From: Bacteroidia bacterium
GTDB lineage: Bacteria > Bacteroidota > Bacteroidia > CAIKAF01
Direction: 5' to 3'
Length of the DNA: 64,000 nucleotides
Assembly (NCBI GenBank): GCA_030427255.1
Contig: JAUHWY010000018.1
Coordinates: 2,359 to 66,358 of the forward strand
In this document: positions 27,105-37,429 of the stretch, piece after piece
Layout of the letters: every line of letters starts with the position of its first letter
Numbering within the stretch: the stretch's first letter is position 1
Notes under the pieces: generated by a model
Told to the model about the DNA's origin: nothing
Databases searched by the model: none
The model's input: only the letters and a program-made list of their open reading frames with translations
Made by a program: the position numbers and the translations under genes

Positions 27105-28803
27105 GGATTCCTAACCAAAGCTTACGCAAGGACATTTGGCCGGCACTTAGCTTTTTCATGGATTCGAATTCAGGTACCGCAAAATATTTGGATGCATCGG
27201 CCTCCATTTCTACCTCAAAAGGAATTCCCAAACGCTTAAAGCCATACCTTGCTTTGCCCGGCATGAGTTCGGGTTGCCCTGTTTCCCACACATCTCCAAA
27301 GCGCAAACCGGCAAGGGCTGCAGGGCTATCCGGGGCTACCTCCACAATTTTGTTTCTTGTGCTATCGAATCTTATGCCTAAATTATGTTCCCAAACACCC
27401 CAGGGGAAAGAGTAGCTTAAGGAATAACCCAGTGCTTCCAAAGATCTTTCAAGCAATTCGTCTAAACCCTTTCTTTGCTTGAGTACTTCATTCAAATACC
27501 ATGACGAATCCTTTCCCGATAGTCGCTCAATTTCAGCAAGGTAATCGGCTAGGGTATAGCCATTTTTTCGAAGGGTTGGATTGGCGTATAAGTGCTTCAT
27601 TAGCCCTTGTATTCCTCCGGACTTGGGATTGTCTGTCAACAACCGAAGGTCAAGGATAAACGAGGCCAAAGCTCCATCGCTGTAGATGGACATTCTTCGG
27701 CCTCTCGCTCCATTTCCGTATCCGTCAATCCAAGTACTGTTGCCGGCTTCCAATAAATCCATTGCCAATCTCCCGGGGTTGAACTTATGTCTTTGCCACC
27801 AGGTGCTTAGGTCTTTTAGTGCTTTTGACTCGTCGAAAAGTCCACATCTTACTAAAGCCATCTCACCCATATAAGTGGTTACTCCCTCGGCGATGAGTGA
27901 CAAGGGCTCGGGAGCTTCTCGGTGCAAGGGATAAGGCATCCAAGAAGCCGGCCTCAATCGTTTTACGTTCCAAGCATGGTAAAACTCATGGGAGAATAAG
28001 GACAAAAGCTCTTCATAGCCTTCTTCACCTAAGCTTTTGTCGGGGCCAAGTACACATAGATTATTGGTTTCGTGTTCCACCCCATGGTGTGCTTTTAGCC
28101 TTGTGGTTTGCAGCAAAAAGCGGTAGGATTCCACATCCAATCCTCCAAAAGCATTCCATTGCCAATGACAACATAATCCAAGATCCTTGGCAATTCGATT
28201 TTTGTCTATCGGGAAATTTCCGATAACCAATAAAGATATGGCGCTTGGTGTGCCTGGGATATCTATGGAAAGCACATTTGGACCGGCCAAAAAGGGCTCG
28301 TCAACCAGTCGGTCAAAGGTACAGGCTTCAAGAACCACGGTATTTTCCTTCCGGTGCGCCTCAAGCCCTGTAGTAAAGGACCATCCCTCCGGAATCTCGA
28401 CTTCAAGACTGCAAGGAATTTGTGGCTCAGAGACGGACATTATGCACGCTTGTATGGGGTTTATTTGCAAGCGTCCTTCCATAGTTCGGGGGTCTGCATA
28501 ACAGCTGCCGGCATTTAACTCGCCTGCCCAGATTTCGTAGCGGATGCACAGTTCGGATTCCTTCCACACAAAATGCTTTTGGTCTAAGGTTTCCGGCATG
28601 ATAGGCTTGCCCTTAGGTGTAAAGGCCTGCAGGCCTCGAATCAGTTTTTCAAAATTTCCGGCTTCGTATCGGCCTGGTCGCCAAAAAGGAAACCTAAAGG
28701 TTCTTGGCTTTTCCTCTTCAAATAAAAAATGAGCTTCTACCAGCAAGAAGTCGCTGTTTTGTCCCTCTTGCATGCCTATTTTATAGACTACACCTTCCTT
28801 CAT
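27088..28803 (-). CDS. M61 family glycyl aminopeptidase with C-terminal PDZ domain
   Basis: HEFYHAWN zinc motif typical of peptidase M61. PDZ-like C-terminal region. Confidence 0.75.
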   Translation of the reverse strand: MKEGVVYKIGMQEGQNSDFLLVEAHFLFEEEKPRTFRFPFWRPGRYEAGNFEKLIRGLQAFTPKGKPIMPETLDQKHFVWKESELCIRYEIWAGELNAGSCYADPRTMEGRLQINPIQACIMSVSEPQIPCSLEVEIPEGWSFTTGLEAHRKENTVVLEACTFDRLVDEPFLAGPNVLSIDIPGTPSAISLLVIGNFPIDKNRIAKDLGLCCHWQWNAFGGLDVESYRFLLQTTRLKAHHGVEHETNNLCVLGPDKSLGEEGYEELLSLFSHEFYHAWNVKRLRPASWMPYPLHREAPEPLSLIAEGVTTYMGEMALVRCGLFDESKALKDLSTWWQRHKFNPGRLAMDLLEAGNSTWIDGYGNGARGRRMSIYSDGALASFILDLRLLTDNPKSGGIQGLMKHLYANPTLRKNGYTLADYLAEIERLSGKDSSWYLNEVLKQRKGLDELLERSLEALGYSLSYSFPWGVWEHNLGIRFDSTRNKIVEVAPDSPAALAGLRFGDVWETGQPELMPGKARYGFKRLGIPFEVEMEADASKYFAVPEFESMKKLSAGQMSLRKLWLGIHEQSN

Positions 28804-28925
28804 ACATCGAATGTACCTATTTCTTACCTTTTGCTGACAGAAACAAGGCTTTCACAAGCTCCAAACCATTGGAAGGGAACTGGGTTAAAATGTGTATTTT
28901 CGTGCCAGCTTAAAAAAATGAAGGC

Positions 28926-30314
28926 ATGCAATTTGATGTACTAGTTATAGGAAGTGGTCCCGGAGGTTATGTGGCAGCCATTCGCGCAGCCCAATTAGGA
29001 CTCAAAACCGCGGTTGTTGAGCGCGAAAGCTTAGGAGGTATTTGCCTCAACTGGGGGTGTATCCCAACCAAAGCGCTATTGAAAAGTGCTCAGGTATACG
29101 ATTATATTAAGCATGCCGGCGATTATGGAATCAAAGTAAAGGAGGCCGAAGTTGCCTTTGATGACATGATTAAGCGCTCGCGTGAGGTTGCCGGAGGCAT
29201 GAGCAAAGGCGTACAATTCCTCATGCGCAAAAACAAGATTGAGGTCCTTATGGGGCAAGGTAAGGTTGCCGGTCCCAATAAAGTGGAGGTTACCGATGCG
29301 GACAATAAAAAGACCGTGTATCAGGCCAAGCATATTATTCTGGCCACCGGAGCTCGTTCCAGAACCCTCCCCAACATTCCTCAAGACGGTAAAAAAATCA
29401 TTGGTTACCGAGAAGCCATGACACTAACCGAGCAACCCAAACGCATGGTGGTTGTAGGAAGTGGAGCCATTGGTTCTGAGTTTTCCTATTTCTATAACGC
29501 TATTGGTACTGAGGTTACTCTAGTTGAATATTTGCCGCGCATTTTGCCCGCCGAAGACGAAGAAAGCTCCAAAACCATGGAGAAGATATTTAAAAAGCAA
29601 GGCATTGAGGTGCGTACAGGCACTACGGTAGAAAAGGCAGAAATTAAAGGCAAAGAGGTGGAAGTCCACCTAGACAAAGGAGGTAAGAAAGAGGTAATCA
29701 AAGCCGATGTGGTATTGTCTGCTGTTGGCGTAGTCGCTAATATCGAAGATTTAGGTTTGGAGCAATTGGGCATTAAAACCGAGCATGGCAAAGTGCCTGT
29801 AGATGCTTTTTACCAAACCAATATTCCAGGAGTTTATGCCATTGGAGATATGATTCCAGGGCCTGCATTAGCGCACTTAGCCTCGCATGAAGCCATTGTT
29901 TGTGTCGAAAAAATTGCCGGCAAAAACCCGCAAGCTATAGATTACAACAACATCCCGGGTTGCACCTACACCTATCCTGAGGTTGCCTCTGTCGGATACA
30001 CCGAGCAGTCCGCCAAAGAAGCAGGCTATTCCATTAAGGTTGGTAAGTTTCCTTTTAGTGCTTCGGGTAAGGCAAGTGCTGCAGGTGCAAAAGACGGTTT
30101 CGTAAAATTGATTTTTGACGAAAAGTATGGAGAGCTGCTAGGAGCGCACATGGTTGGAGCTAATGTAACCGAAATGATTGCAGAAATTGTGGCAGCTAGG
30201 AAGCTAGAAACTACCGGGCACGAAATTATTACGGCAGTTCACCCGCACCCCACCATGTCGGAGGCCGTTATGGAAGCTGCGGCTGCTGCCTATGGTGAAG
30301 TAATTCACCTTTGA
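28926..30314 (+). CDS. lpdA: Dihydrolipoyl dehydrogenase (E3)
   Basis: FAD motif GSGPGGY. Redox-active GGICLNWGCIPTK. C-terminal dimerisation HPHPT. Confidence 0.9.
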   Translation: MQFDVLVIGSGPGGYVAAIRAAQLGLKTAVVERESLGGICLNWGCIPTKALLKSAQVYDYIKHAGDYGIKVKEAEVAFDDMIKRSREVAGGMSKGVQFLMRKNKIEVLMGQGKVAGPNKVEVTDADNKKTVYQAKHIILATGARSRTLPNIPQDGKKIIGYREAMTLTEQPKRMVVVGSGAIGSEFSYFYNAIGTEVTLVEYLPRILPAEDEESSKTMEKIFKKQGIEVRTGTTVEKAEIKGKEVEVHLDKGGKKEVIKADVVLSAVGVVANIEDLGLEQLGIKTEHGKVPVDAFYQTNIPGVYAIGDMIPGPALAHLASHEAIVCVEKIAGKNPQAIDYNNIPGCTYTYPEVASVGYTEQSAKEAGYSIKVGKFPFSASGKASAAGAKDGFVKLIFDEKYGELLGAHMVGANVTEMIAEIVAARKLETTGHEIITAVHPHPTMSEAVMEAAAAAYGEVIHL

Positions 30315-30325
30315 CCTAAGGGCTT

Positions 30326-32212
30326 GTGTGCGGAATTAGTGGGGCATGTTTTTTTGAGGGGCCAAAGCGAGAGCTTATGGAGGCCTCTCTTAAAAAACTA
30401 GCCCAAAGAGGGCCGGATTTTTCAAAACAGGTAGAGGTTGGCCCCTGGCTCTTTGGGCACGCTCGCCTTTCCATTATAGATACATCTACCGCTGCTCACC
30501 AACCTATTTCCGATGAGTCCGGAAGATACTGGTTGGTGTTTAATGGAGAAATTTACAATTTCAAGGAACTAAGGGATAAGCTTAGAGCAAAGGGATTTAG
30601 TTTTTCATCTAGCGGCGATACGGAAGTATTGCTTAAAGGCTTAATAGCTTGGGGTGAGGATTTGCTTCCTCAGCTGAATGGCTTTTTTGCCTTTGCATTT
30701 TACGATGCTCAAACGGAGGAGCTACTGTTGGTCCGCGACCGGATGGGTATTAAGCCTCTTTGGTATACCCAAAATACCCGGGGCTTTTTCTTTGCTTCAG
30801 AGCAAAAAGCACTGTATCCATTTGGAGTAACTAAAGAATTAAACCCTTTGTCCCTTAGGATGTACTTCCGAATGGGCTATATACCCGGGGCGGATGGCGT
30901 TTTTAAAGAAGTGCATCAATTGCTTCCGGGACATTTGATGCGTTTTCGAAATGGAAAGCCTAGCCAACCAAGTGCATGGTATAGCTTGCCCGAAACTCGA
31001 ACAGGTTTTTTATTTCAGCCTAATTCATGGAACGAGGCTTGTCATCAGGTGAGAGAGCTGACCGAAGCTGCTGTTCGCGACCGCTTAGTTTCGGACGTGC
31101 CTTTGGGAAGTTTTTTAAGCGGTGGAATAGACTCTTCGGTGGTGGTGGCTGCTGCAAGCCAATACACCAACAAGCTCCACACCTTTTCCATCGGTTTTAG
31201 AGACCAACCTTATTTTGATGAAACCCGCTACGCCGAAGAGGTTGCCCAAAAATTCAATACCAACCACAGGGTCTTTAGTTTAACCAGCGATGATTTATTG
31301 GCCGAAGTAGACCATATGTTGGATTACTTAGATATGCCCTTTGGTGACAGCTCGGCTTTGCCTGTGTATATTTTGAGTAAGGAAACTTCCAAGCATGTTA
31401 CGGTGGCTTTATCCGGAGACGGAGGCGATGAACTATTTAGCGGTTACCATAAGCATCGCGGGGAATGGCTGGCAAGAAAGCATAAAAGCAAAATATCCGC
31501 CTTGCAGTGGATGTTGCCCATATTGAACCTTTTGCCTGCTTCTCGACAGAGCACTTTAGGAAATAAAGTCAGGCAAATTAAGAAGCTCTTGAGGGCGGGT
31601 ACGCTTTCGCCTTTTGAACGTTACCGCTTGTTGGCCGGGGTAGAGTCCGACCAGTGGCCCGAAGAACTTTTACGTGCCCCTGCGGCCTTAGAAGAAGAGC
31701 GAAGCTTTCTTCTGGATTTGCTCGGAGACTTTCCAAACCCGGGAAGCCTTAACGATGTATTGCGTGCCGACCTATCTATGGTTTTGCCCTACGATATGCT
31801 TACCAAAGTAGACTTAATGAGTATGGCGCATAGTTTGGAAGTGCGTGTACCTTTGTTGGACTACCGCTTGGTGAACTTTGTTCATGGCTTACCTCAAGCA
31901 TTTAAAATGGACGGGCGCCAAAAGAAAAAGTTATTGATTGCCGCCTTTTTTGACCTCCTGCCCGAGGCGGTATACAATAGACCAAAAAAGGGCTTTGAAG
32001 TCCCTCTTTTGGAATGGTTTAGAGGCCCTATGGAGCAAAAGCTCAGGTCTACCCTGGATTTGGATAAAATTGAAGCCCAAGGTGTGCTAAATCCTAAATC
32101 TGTGGCTCATTTGCTTGACCGCTTGCATGCTCCAAACCCCGGAGAGCTTCATTTTAAACTTTGGACCTTGATAGTTTGGCAAAGTTTTTATGATCAGCAT
32201 TTTACAGATTGA
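30326..32212 (+). CDS. asnB: Asparagine synthase (glutamine-hydrolysing)
   Basis: N-terminal MCGI nucleophile. SGGIDSS PP-loop. Confidence 0.85.
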   Translation: MCGISGACFFEGPKRELMEASLKKLAQRGPDFSKQVEVGPWLFGHARLSIIDTSTAAHQPISDESGRYWLVFNGEIYNFKELRDKLRAKGFSFSSSGDTEVLLKGLIAWGEDLLPQLNGFFAFAFYDAQTEELLLVRDRMGIKPLWYTQNTRGFFFASEQKALYPFGVTKELNPLSLRMYFRMGYIPGADGVFKEVHQLLPGHLMRFRNGKPSQPSAWYSLPETRTGFLFQPNSWNEACHQVRELTEAAVRDRLVSDVPLGSFLSGGIDSSVVVAAASQYTNKLHTFSIGFRDQPYFDETRYAEEVAQKFNTNHRVFSLTSDDLLAEVDHMLDYLDMPFGDSSALPVYILSKETSKHVTVALSGDGGDELFSGYHKHRGEWLARKHKSKISALQWMLPILNLLPASRQSTLGNKVRQIKKLLRAGTLSPFERYRLLAGVESDQWPEELLRAPAALEEERSFLLDLLGDFPNPGSLNDVLRADLSMVLPYDMLTKVDLMSMAHSLEVRVPLLDYRLVNFVHGLPQAFKMDGRQKKKLLIAAFFDLLPEAVYNRPKKGFEVPLLEWFRGPMEQKLRSTLDLDKIEAQGVLNPKSVAHLLDRLHAPNPGELHFKLWTLIVWQSFYDQHFTD

Positions 32213-32263
32213 CTTTCGCTTTTTTAGAGGAATAATAGGTTAACTCCATTTTTTGGAATAGTT

Positions 32264-33502
32264 TTGTTGAAAACTAATCCTACTATGCCTAAAGTTCTCC
32301 GAATCATAAATCGGTTTAATTTAGGTGGGCCCACGTACAATGCGGCTTATCTAACCAAACACCTGGGAGAGGAATACAGAACGGTATTGATTGGTGGAGA
32401 TAAGGAAGAAAACGAAGACTCTTCAGATTTTATTTTAAAACAAATTGGGGTTAAACCCATTTTAATCCCCGAAATGCGTCGCTCTATTAGTTACAACAGC
32501 GACATCCGGGCATACTATAAAATTAAACACATCATAGATCGGTTCAAACCCGATATTGTGCATACCCACGCAAGTAAAGCAGGAAGCTTAGGGCGCATGG
32601 CTGCTCGGAATGCAGGAGTCCCCGTAATTGTCCATACCTTTCATGGACATGTGTTCCACTCTTATTTTGGCAAAACCAAAACCACTATTTATAAGCAGAT
32701 TGAGCGCAGACTGGCCAAGGCCTCTACACGAATAATCGCTCTCTCAGAAAAGCAAAAATTTGAGTTGTCTCAAGAACACCGCATTTGTTCTCCGGAAAAA
32801 ATCTCTGTAATTCCTCTTGGGTTTGATTTGCAAAGGTTTCAAGAAAACAAAGAGGAAAAACGCAAAGCTTTTAGAGCTAAGTATCATGTTGCCGACGATG
32901 AGGTAGCTATTGGCATTGTGGGAAGGTTGGTGCCGGTAAAAAACCATGATTTCTTTCTAATGGCCATTAAAAAGGTGCTCGATCATAAACCCGGAAAGGT
33001 AAAAGCCTTTATTGTAGGTGATGGAGAACGCAAAGAGGATTTGTTGATGTTGGCCGGCCAACTCGATATTCCCTTTGCCGTGGGGCCTGAAAATGCAGCC
33101 GGAAAGCCCTTGGTTTTTACAAGTTGGGAAAAGCAAGTGGATATGGTAAACGCAGGCTTGGATATTGTATGCCTTACTTCACTCAATGAGGGTACGCCCG
33201 TGAGTCTAATTGAAGCCCAAGCATCCGGAAAGCCGGTGGTTTCTACCCAAGTAGGCGGTATAGAAAATGTGGTGTTGGCCGACCAAACAGCGCTTTTGTC
33301 CCCAAAAGACGATTTAGACCTGTTCTCCAGAAACCTTTTGCAACTCATCGTTTCTCCTGAACAACGCGAACTCATGGGGCAACAAGGTTGGGATTGGGTT
33401 TCCGACCGCTTCCATTACACCCGATTGGTGAGGGATATGCGCAACCTTTATGAGGAACTGCTCATGAAGCAAAGCCCCAGCCTTCATCATAAGGTATTGT
33501 AA
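32264..33502 (+). CDS. Glycosyltransferase family 4
   Basis: GT-B fold. EGTPVSLIEAQASGKPVV E-x7-E motif. The start is probably MPKVLRI at 32285. Confidence 0.75.
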   Translation: MLKTNPTMPKVLRIINRFNLGGPTYNAAYLTKHLGEEYRTVLIGGDKEENEDSSDFILKQIGVKPILIPEMRRSISYNSDIRAYYKIKHIIDRFKPDIVHTHASKAGSLGRMAARNAGVPVIVHTFHGHVFHSYFGKTKTTIYKQIERRLAKASTRIIALSEKQKFELSQEHRICSPEKISVIPLGFDLQRFQENKEEKRKAFRAKYHVADDEVAIGIVGRLVPVKNHDFFLMAIKKVLDHKPGKVKAFIVGDGERKEDLLMLAGQLDIPFAVGPENAAGKPLVFTSWEKQVDMVNAGLDIVCLTSLNEGTPVSLIEAQASGKPVVSTQVGGIENVVLADQTALLSPKDDLDLFSRNLLQLIVSPEQRELMGQQGWDWVSDRFHYTRLVRDMRNLYEELLMKQSPSLHHKVL

Positions 33503-33514
33503 TTTGCTGTTTAC

Positions 33515-34327
33515 TTGGGCTTCAGCCGCTGTTTTTACTACCTTTGCCCGAAACACATCGAGGTGAGATTTCCGTATATATTTTTAGGAGGCTTGGCCAT
33601 GTTGCTTTTCGCTTGCAAAGCCATGAACCCAAGTATTATGCTTAGAACTCCTAAGGATTTTCAATACGATGCCTTTCCACAACAACCCGATTCCTCTTAC
33701 CGAATTGCCCCCAACGACAGACTATCCATGCAAATTCTTGGAGATGGTGGAGAACTCTACCTCAACCTAAGACGCGGCGGGCAAACCATGAATTTTAATC
33801 AGCTTGAGGTTTTGGTAGAATACGACGGTATGGCCAAACTTCCGGTACTTGGTCGCATTCCACTGGAAGGGCTCACCAAACGCGAAGCCGAAATCTATGT
33901 TGAAGACCTGTTTGAACAAACAGAAATCAACCGACCCTACGTTACCATTAATGTAACGAACCGACAAGTAATTGTTTTTCCCGGAACGGGAAGCAATGCA
34001 CAGGTTGTGCCCTTTGCACGCGAAAATATGAACCTCTTTGAGGCATTGGCTCAAGTTGGAGGAATCAATACCTTGGGCCGTGCCGACAAAATAAAACTAA
34101 TTCGAGGGGATTTTAAAAATCCACAAGTTTATCTTATTGACCTTTCCACTATTGACGGCATGAAACACGCCGACCTGTCCTTGCAAGCCAACGATGTAAT
34201 TTATGTGGAGCCTAGAAGACGACCCGTAGAACTCTTCCTTCAAAGCATTCAACCTTATTTGGCAACACTTACCGCTCTCATGAGCGTAGCAACTACCATT
34301 ATTGTAGTTCAAACGCTAAGCAATTGA
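33515..34327 (+). CDS. wza: Polysaccharide export protein (Wza-like, Poly_export plus SLBB domain)
   Basis: YRIAPNDRLSMQILG export motif. SLBB-like VFPGTGSN...VGGI. Confidence 0.7.
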   Translation: MGFSRCFYYLCPKHIEVRFPYIFLGGLAMLLFACKAMNPSIMLRTPKDFQYDAFPQQPDSSYRIAPNDRLSMQILGDGGELYLNLRRGGQTMNFNQLEVLVEYDGMAKLPVLGRIPLEGLTKREAEIYVEDLFEQTEINRPYVTINVTNRQVIVFPGTGSNAQVVPFARENMNLFEALAQVGGINTLGRADKIKLIRGDFKNPQVYLIDLSTIDGMKHADLSLQANDVIYVEPRRRPVELFLQSIQPYLATLTALMSVATTIIVVQTLSN

Positions 34328-34328
34328 T

Positions 34329-36875
34329 ATGGAAAAAAGACCGGTATCTTCCATAAATCAAGACTTGGATGTAGGCCTACTGCTTATGATGGTCCGGAAA
34401 TCCTTCTGGATTATTGTTCTATTGCTAACGCTCTCTGCGCTTTCGGTGTATGTGTACCTTAGGTATTCTGACCCCTTGTACGATGCGGAAACCATCATTC
34501 AGCTCACCGAAGACTCCAACGAAAGACCAAATTTCTTTAAAGGCGAAACCCTTTACGATGTGGATTTGGCCCGCGAAATCGAATTGCTCCGCTCTCCGGT
34601 ATTTCTAGATAGAGTGCTGGACTCCCTCGATTTACGCATTACCTACTACAGAAAAGGGGCGCTTAGGTCCACCGACTACTACAACCAAGCTCCTTACCAA
34701 GTGCAGGTGGTGTTTATGGACCCTATTTTGTACGGAACTCCCTTTACCATTGCCTCAGGTCAGGAAACCCTGTCTTTAACCTACGCAATCAACGAAGAAG
34801 AGGTGGTTTTGCCTATTTCCAGAACCGGTGTAGTAGAAGGACCTCAATTTAAGTTCAACATTCTTTTGCCCAAAGACAATGTGTTTGAACAGACCAACGA
34901 CCCTTATCTTTTTGTGGTAAACGATCCAAACAAGCTTAGAGCCACCTTTTTGCCTAACCTTAGGGTCGAACTTCACAGCGAATCAGCCAAAACCATAAAA
35001 ATCAGCACGCGTGACGTGAACGCTTCTCGTGCCGCAGATTTGGTAAACGGAATCGCCATAGCCTACGAATCCTTTTATTTGGAAAATAAGCAGGAAAGCG
35101 CCAATAAAATGCTGCGCTACATCGACGAAACTCTGGGCTTGCTGCGCGATCGTTTGGCCGAATCCGACTCCTCTCTCACCATTTTTAAAAAGCGGAATAA
35201 TTTGCTCGAAGACAAAAACAGTCCCTTCGACCAAAATTATTTTGCTTTGCTCCAATCCCTGAAAGAAAAGCAGCTAAACGACCAAGTAAACCTCAGGGTT
35301 ACTCGAAATACCTTTAGAATTCTGAGCGAAGGCAACCCCACCAATCAGGAAATTATTAGTTATACAGCCCAAATAGAAGGAGCTCCCACCATAGGTTCTC
35401 TTGCCGAGGAAATTCGCACCAAAGAAATTGAGAAGGAAGAGGCCTTGTTTACCTACAAAAAATCAAGTGCCGAAATTGAGCGCCTCAACTATACCATTAA
35501 AATTTATAGAGAACAGCTCATGGAAGCCATTGCTTCCTTTATTCGAACTCTGGAATTTAAAATTTCCGACAATCAACAACGTATTGCTGCTCTTGAAACC
35601 CAATTGTACCAAGAGCAAGGAATTGCAGATTATGTGGAGCTCTCCAGACTTCAACGCACCTTCGAAGTCAACGAGAAATACTACAATCAGCTTATTGAAC
35701 AAAAAGCAGAATACAGCTTAGCAAGAGAAGGTTATTCGCCTCCTTATCGCGTGCTAAGTTACAGCCCGGTGCCCCAAAGTCCGGTATCGCCTAACCAACC
35801 TTTGGTTATTGGCGGAGGCATTGGTGCCTGGTTCATTATTTCTGCCATGATTGTAATCTTGCGCTACCTTTTCTTCAACCAAATTTTAGGTACCGAAGAT
35901 ATCCGCAAGCATTCCCAGGCGCCCGGCCTAGGCGGCGTGCAACAAGTAAAGGGCGATTTCCCAATTTCTCAGTTGGTGGTGGACAAACGACCTAAATCTG
36001 CCATTGCCGAGGCCTTTCGAAACATCCGATCCAACCTAGATTTCCTCGACCCTTCTCCAAGCTCAAAACTGGTTGCAGTAACTTCTACCATTTCAGGGGA
36101 AGGAAAAACTTTTGTGGCCATTAACCTTGCCGGTATTTTAAACTTGGCAGGAAAAAAAGTGGTGGTTATCGATGGCGATATGCGAAAGCCTAAAATTCAC
36201 CTTGGATTTAATTCGCCCAACGAAAAAGGCCTAAGCACCTTGTTGATTGGCCGAAATACCCTGGATGAGTGCATTAGGCATTCCGAACTTCCGGGCCTGG
36301 ATTACATTACTGCCGGACCTATTCCTCCAAACCCGAGCGAACTCATCCTATCTAAAAAAATGGACGAGTTCTTTGATGAACTCCTCCGCCGGTACGATAT
36401 GGTTATTATGGATAACCCACCCATAGGTATTGTAACCGACGGTATTCCTACCCTGCGAAGAGCCGATTTCCCTATTTATGTATTCCGTGCCGGATATTCT
36501 CGTAAGTTCTTTATAAACAACCTAAACCACCTCATTGCCGAAAGCAACATTAAGGGAATGTCCTACATTGTAAACGGTCTAAAACCCGGTGGAAGAGGCA
36601 ATAAATCTTATGGTTACGGCTATGGATATGGTTATGGCTACGGCTACGGCTATGGCTATGGCTACACCAACGAAGAGGAAACCAACGACTATACACAATA
36701 TTCAGAAGCTCCTAAAAATCAGGCAACTGAAAACGATAACGACTTTGAAGCAGAACTCATGGTGGGTGCTTCTTCCAAGACCTCCAATCAACATGCACAG
36801 CATTCTTCTACATTTGATAGTTTTGACGATGAGCCATTCCTTAAAAAATTGCTCAAAAAAATCTTTAAACGATAG
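34329..36875 (+). CDS. wzc: Polysaccharide co-polymerase/tyrosine autokinase (Wzc-like) with C-terminal (GY)9 tyrosine cluster
   Basis: Two TM segments flank a periplasmic domain. Walker A SGEGKTFVAINLA. Walker B VIMDNPP. C-terminal tail SYGYGYGYGYGYGYGYGYT. Confidence 0.85.
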   Translation: MEKRPVSSINQDLDVGLLLMMVRKSFWIIVLLLTLSALSVYVYLRYSDPLYDAETIIQLTEDSNERPNFFKGETLYDVDLAREIELLRSPVFLDRVLDSLDLRITYYRKGALRSTDYYNQAPYQVQVVFMDPILYGTPFTIASGQETLSLTYAINEEEVVLPISRTGVVEGPQFKFNILLPKDNVFEQTNDPYLFVVNDPNKLRATFLPNLRVELHSESAKTIKISTRDVNASRAADLVNGIAIAYESFYLENKQESANKMLRYIDETLGLLRDRLAESDSSLTIFKKRNNLLEDKNSPFDQNYFALLQSLKEKQLNDQVNLRVTRNTFRILSEGNPTNQEIISYTAQIEGAPTIGSLAEEIRTKEIEKEEALFTYKKSSAEIERLNYTIKIYREQLMEAIASFIRTLEFKISDNQQRIAALETQLYQEQGIADYVELSRLQRTFEVNEKYYNQLIEQKAEYSLAREGYSPPYRVLSYSPVPQSPVSPNQPLVIGGGIGAWFIISAMIVILRYLFFNQILGTEDIRKHSQAPGLGGVQQVKGDFPISQLVVDKRPKSAIAEAFRNIRSNLDFLDPSPSSKLVAVTSTISGEGKTFVAINLAGILNLAGKKVVVIDGDMRKPKIHLGFNSPNEKGLSTLLIGRNTLDECIRHSELPGLDYITAGPIPPNPSELILSKKMDEFFDELLRRYDMVIMDNPPIGIVTDGIPTLRRADFPIYVFRAGYSRKFFINNLNHLIAESNIKGMSYIVNGLKPGGRGNKSYGYGYGYGYGYGYGYGYGYTNEEETNDYTQYSEAPKNQATENDNDFEAELMVGASSKTSNQHAQHSSTFDSFDDEPFLKKLLKKIFKR

Positions 36876-36883
36876 TTTGTTTC

Positions 36884-37429
36884 ATGGAGCTTATCGATAA
36901 TCAACTCAATGGATTGATGCTCTTCCGTCCTCCTTGTTTTCAGGACGATAGGGGATATTTCATGGAAACCTTTCACATGGAAAAGCTCCATGCTTTAGGC
37001 CTCAATGAATCCTTCGTTCAAGACAATGAGTCAATGTCCGACAAAGGCGTGTTGCGTGGTTTGCATTTTCAGGCGCCTCCCTACGCGCAAGGAAAGCTAA
37101 TTCGGGTAATCCAAGGAGCGGTATTGGATGTGGCTTTGGATATTCGCTCAAGCTCACCCACCTACGGCCAATTCAGAACCTTTGAACTTTCGGCCGAAAA
37201 CAAACATATGCTCTTTTTGCCTCCGGGCTTTGCCCATGGCTTTTTGTCCCTGCAAGACCAAACCATTTTTTCCTATAAGTGCACCAACGTTTACCATAAG
37301 CCCTCCGAGGGAGCTATTTTATGGAACGACCCCGACCTAGACATCCCATGGAATATTGATCAGGCCATTGTTTCGGCCAAAGACCAAGCAGCCCAGCCAT
37401 TCCGCGATTTTGTTTCGCCATTTCCTTGA
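36884..37429 (+). CDS. rmlC: dTDP-4-dehydrorhamnose 3,5-epimerase
   Basis: FQDDRGYFMETF and LRGLHFQ cupin motifs. Confidence 0.85.
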   Translation: MELIDNQLNGLMLFRPPCFQDDRGYFMETFHMEKLHALGLNESFVQDNESMSDKGVLRGLHFQAPPYAQGKLIRVIQGAVLDVALDIRSSSPTYGQFRTFELSAENKHMLFLPPGFAHGFLSLQDQTIFSYKCTNVYHKPSEGAILWNDPDLDIPWNIDQAIVSAKDQAAQPFRDFVSPFP

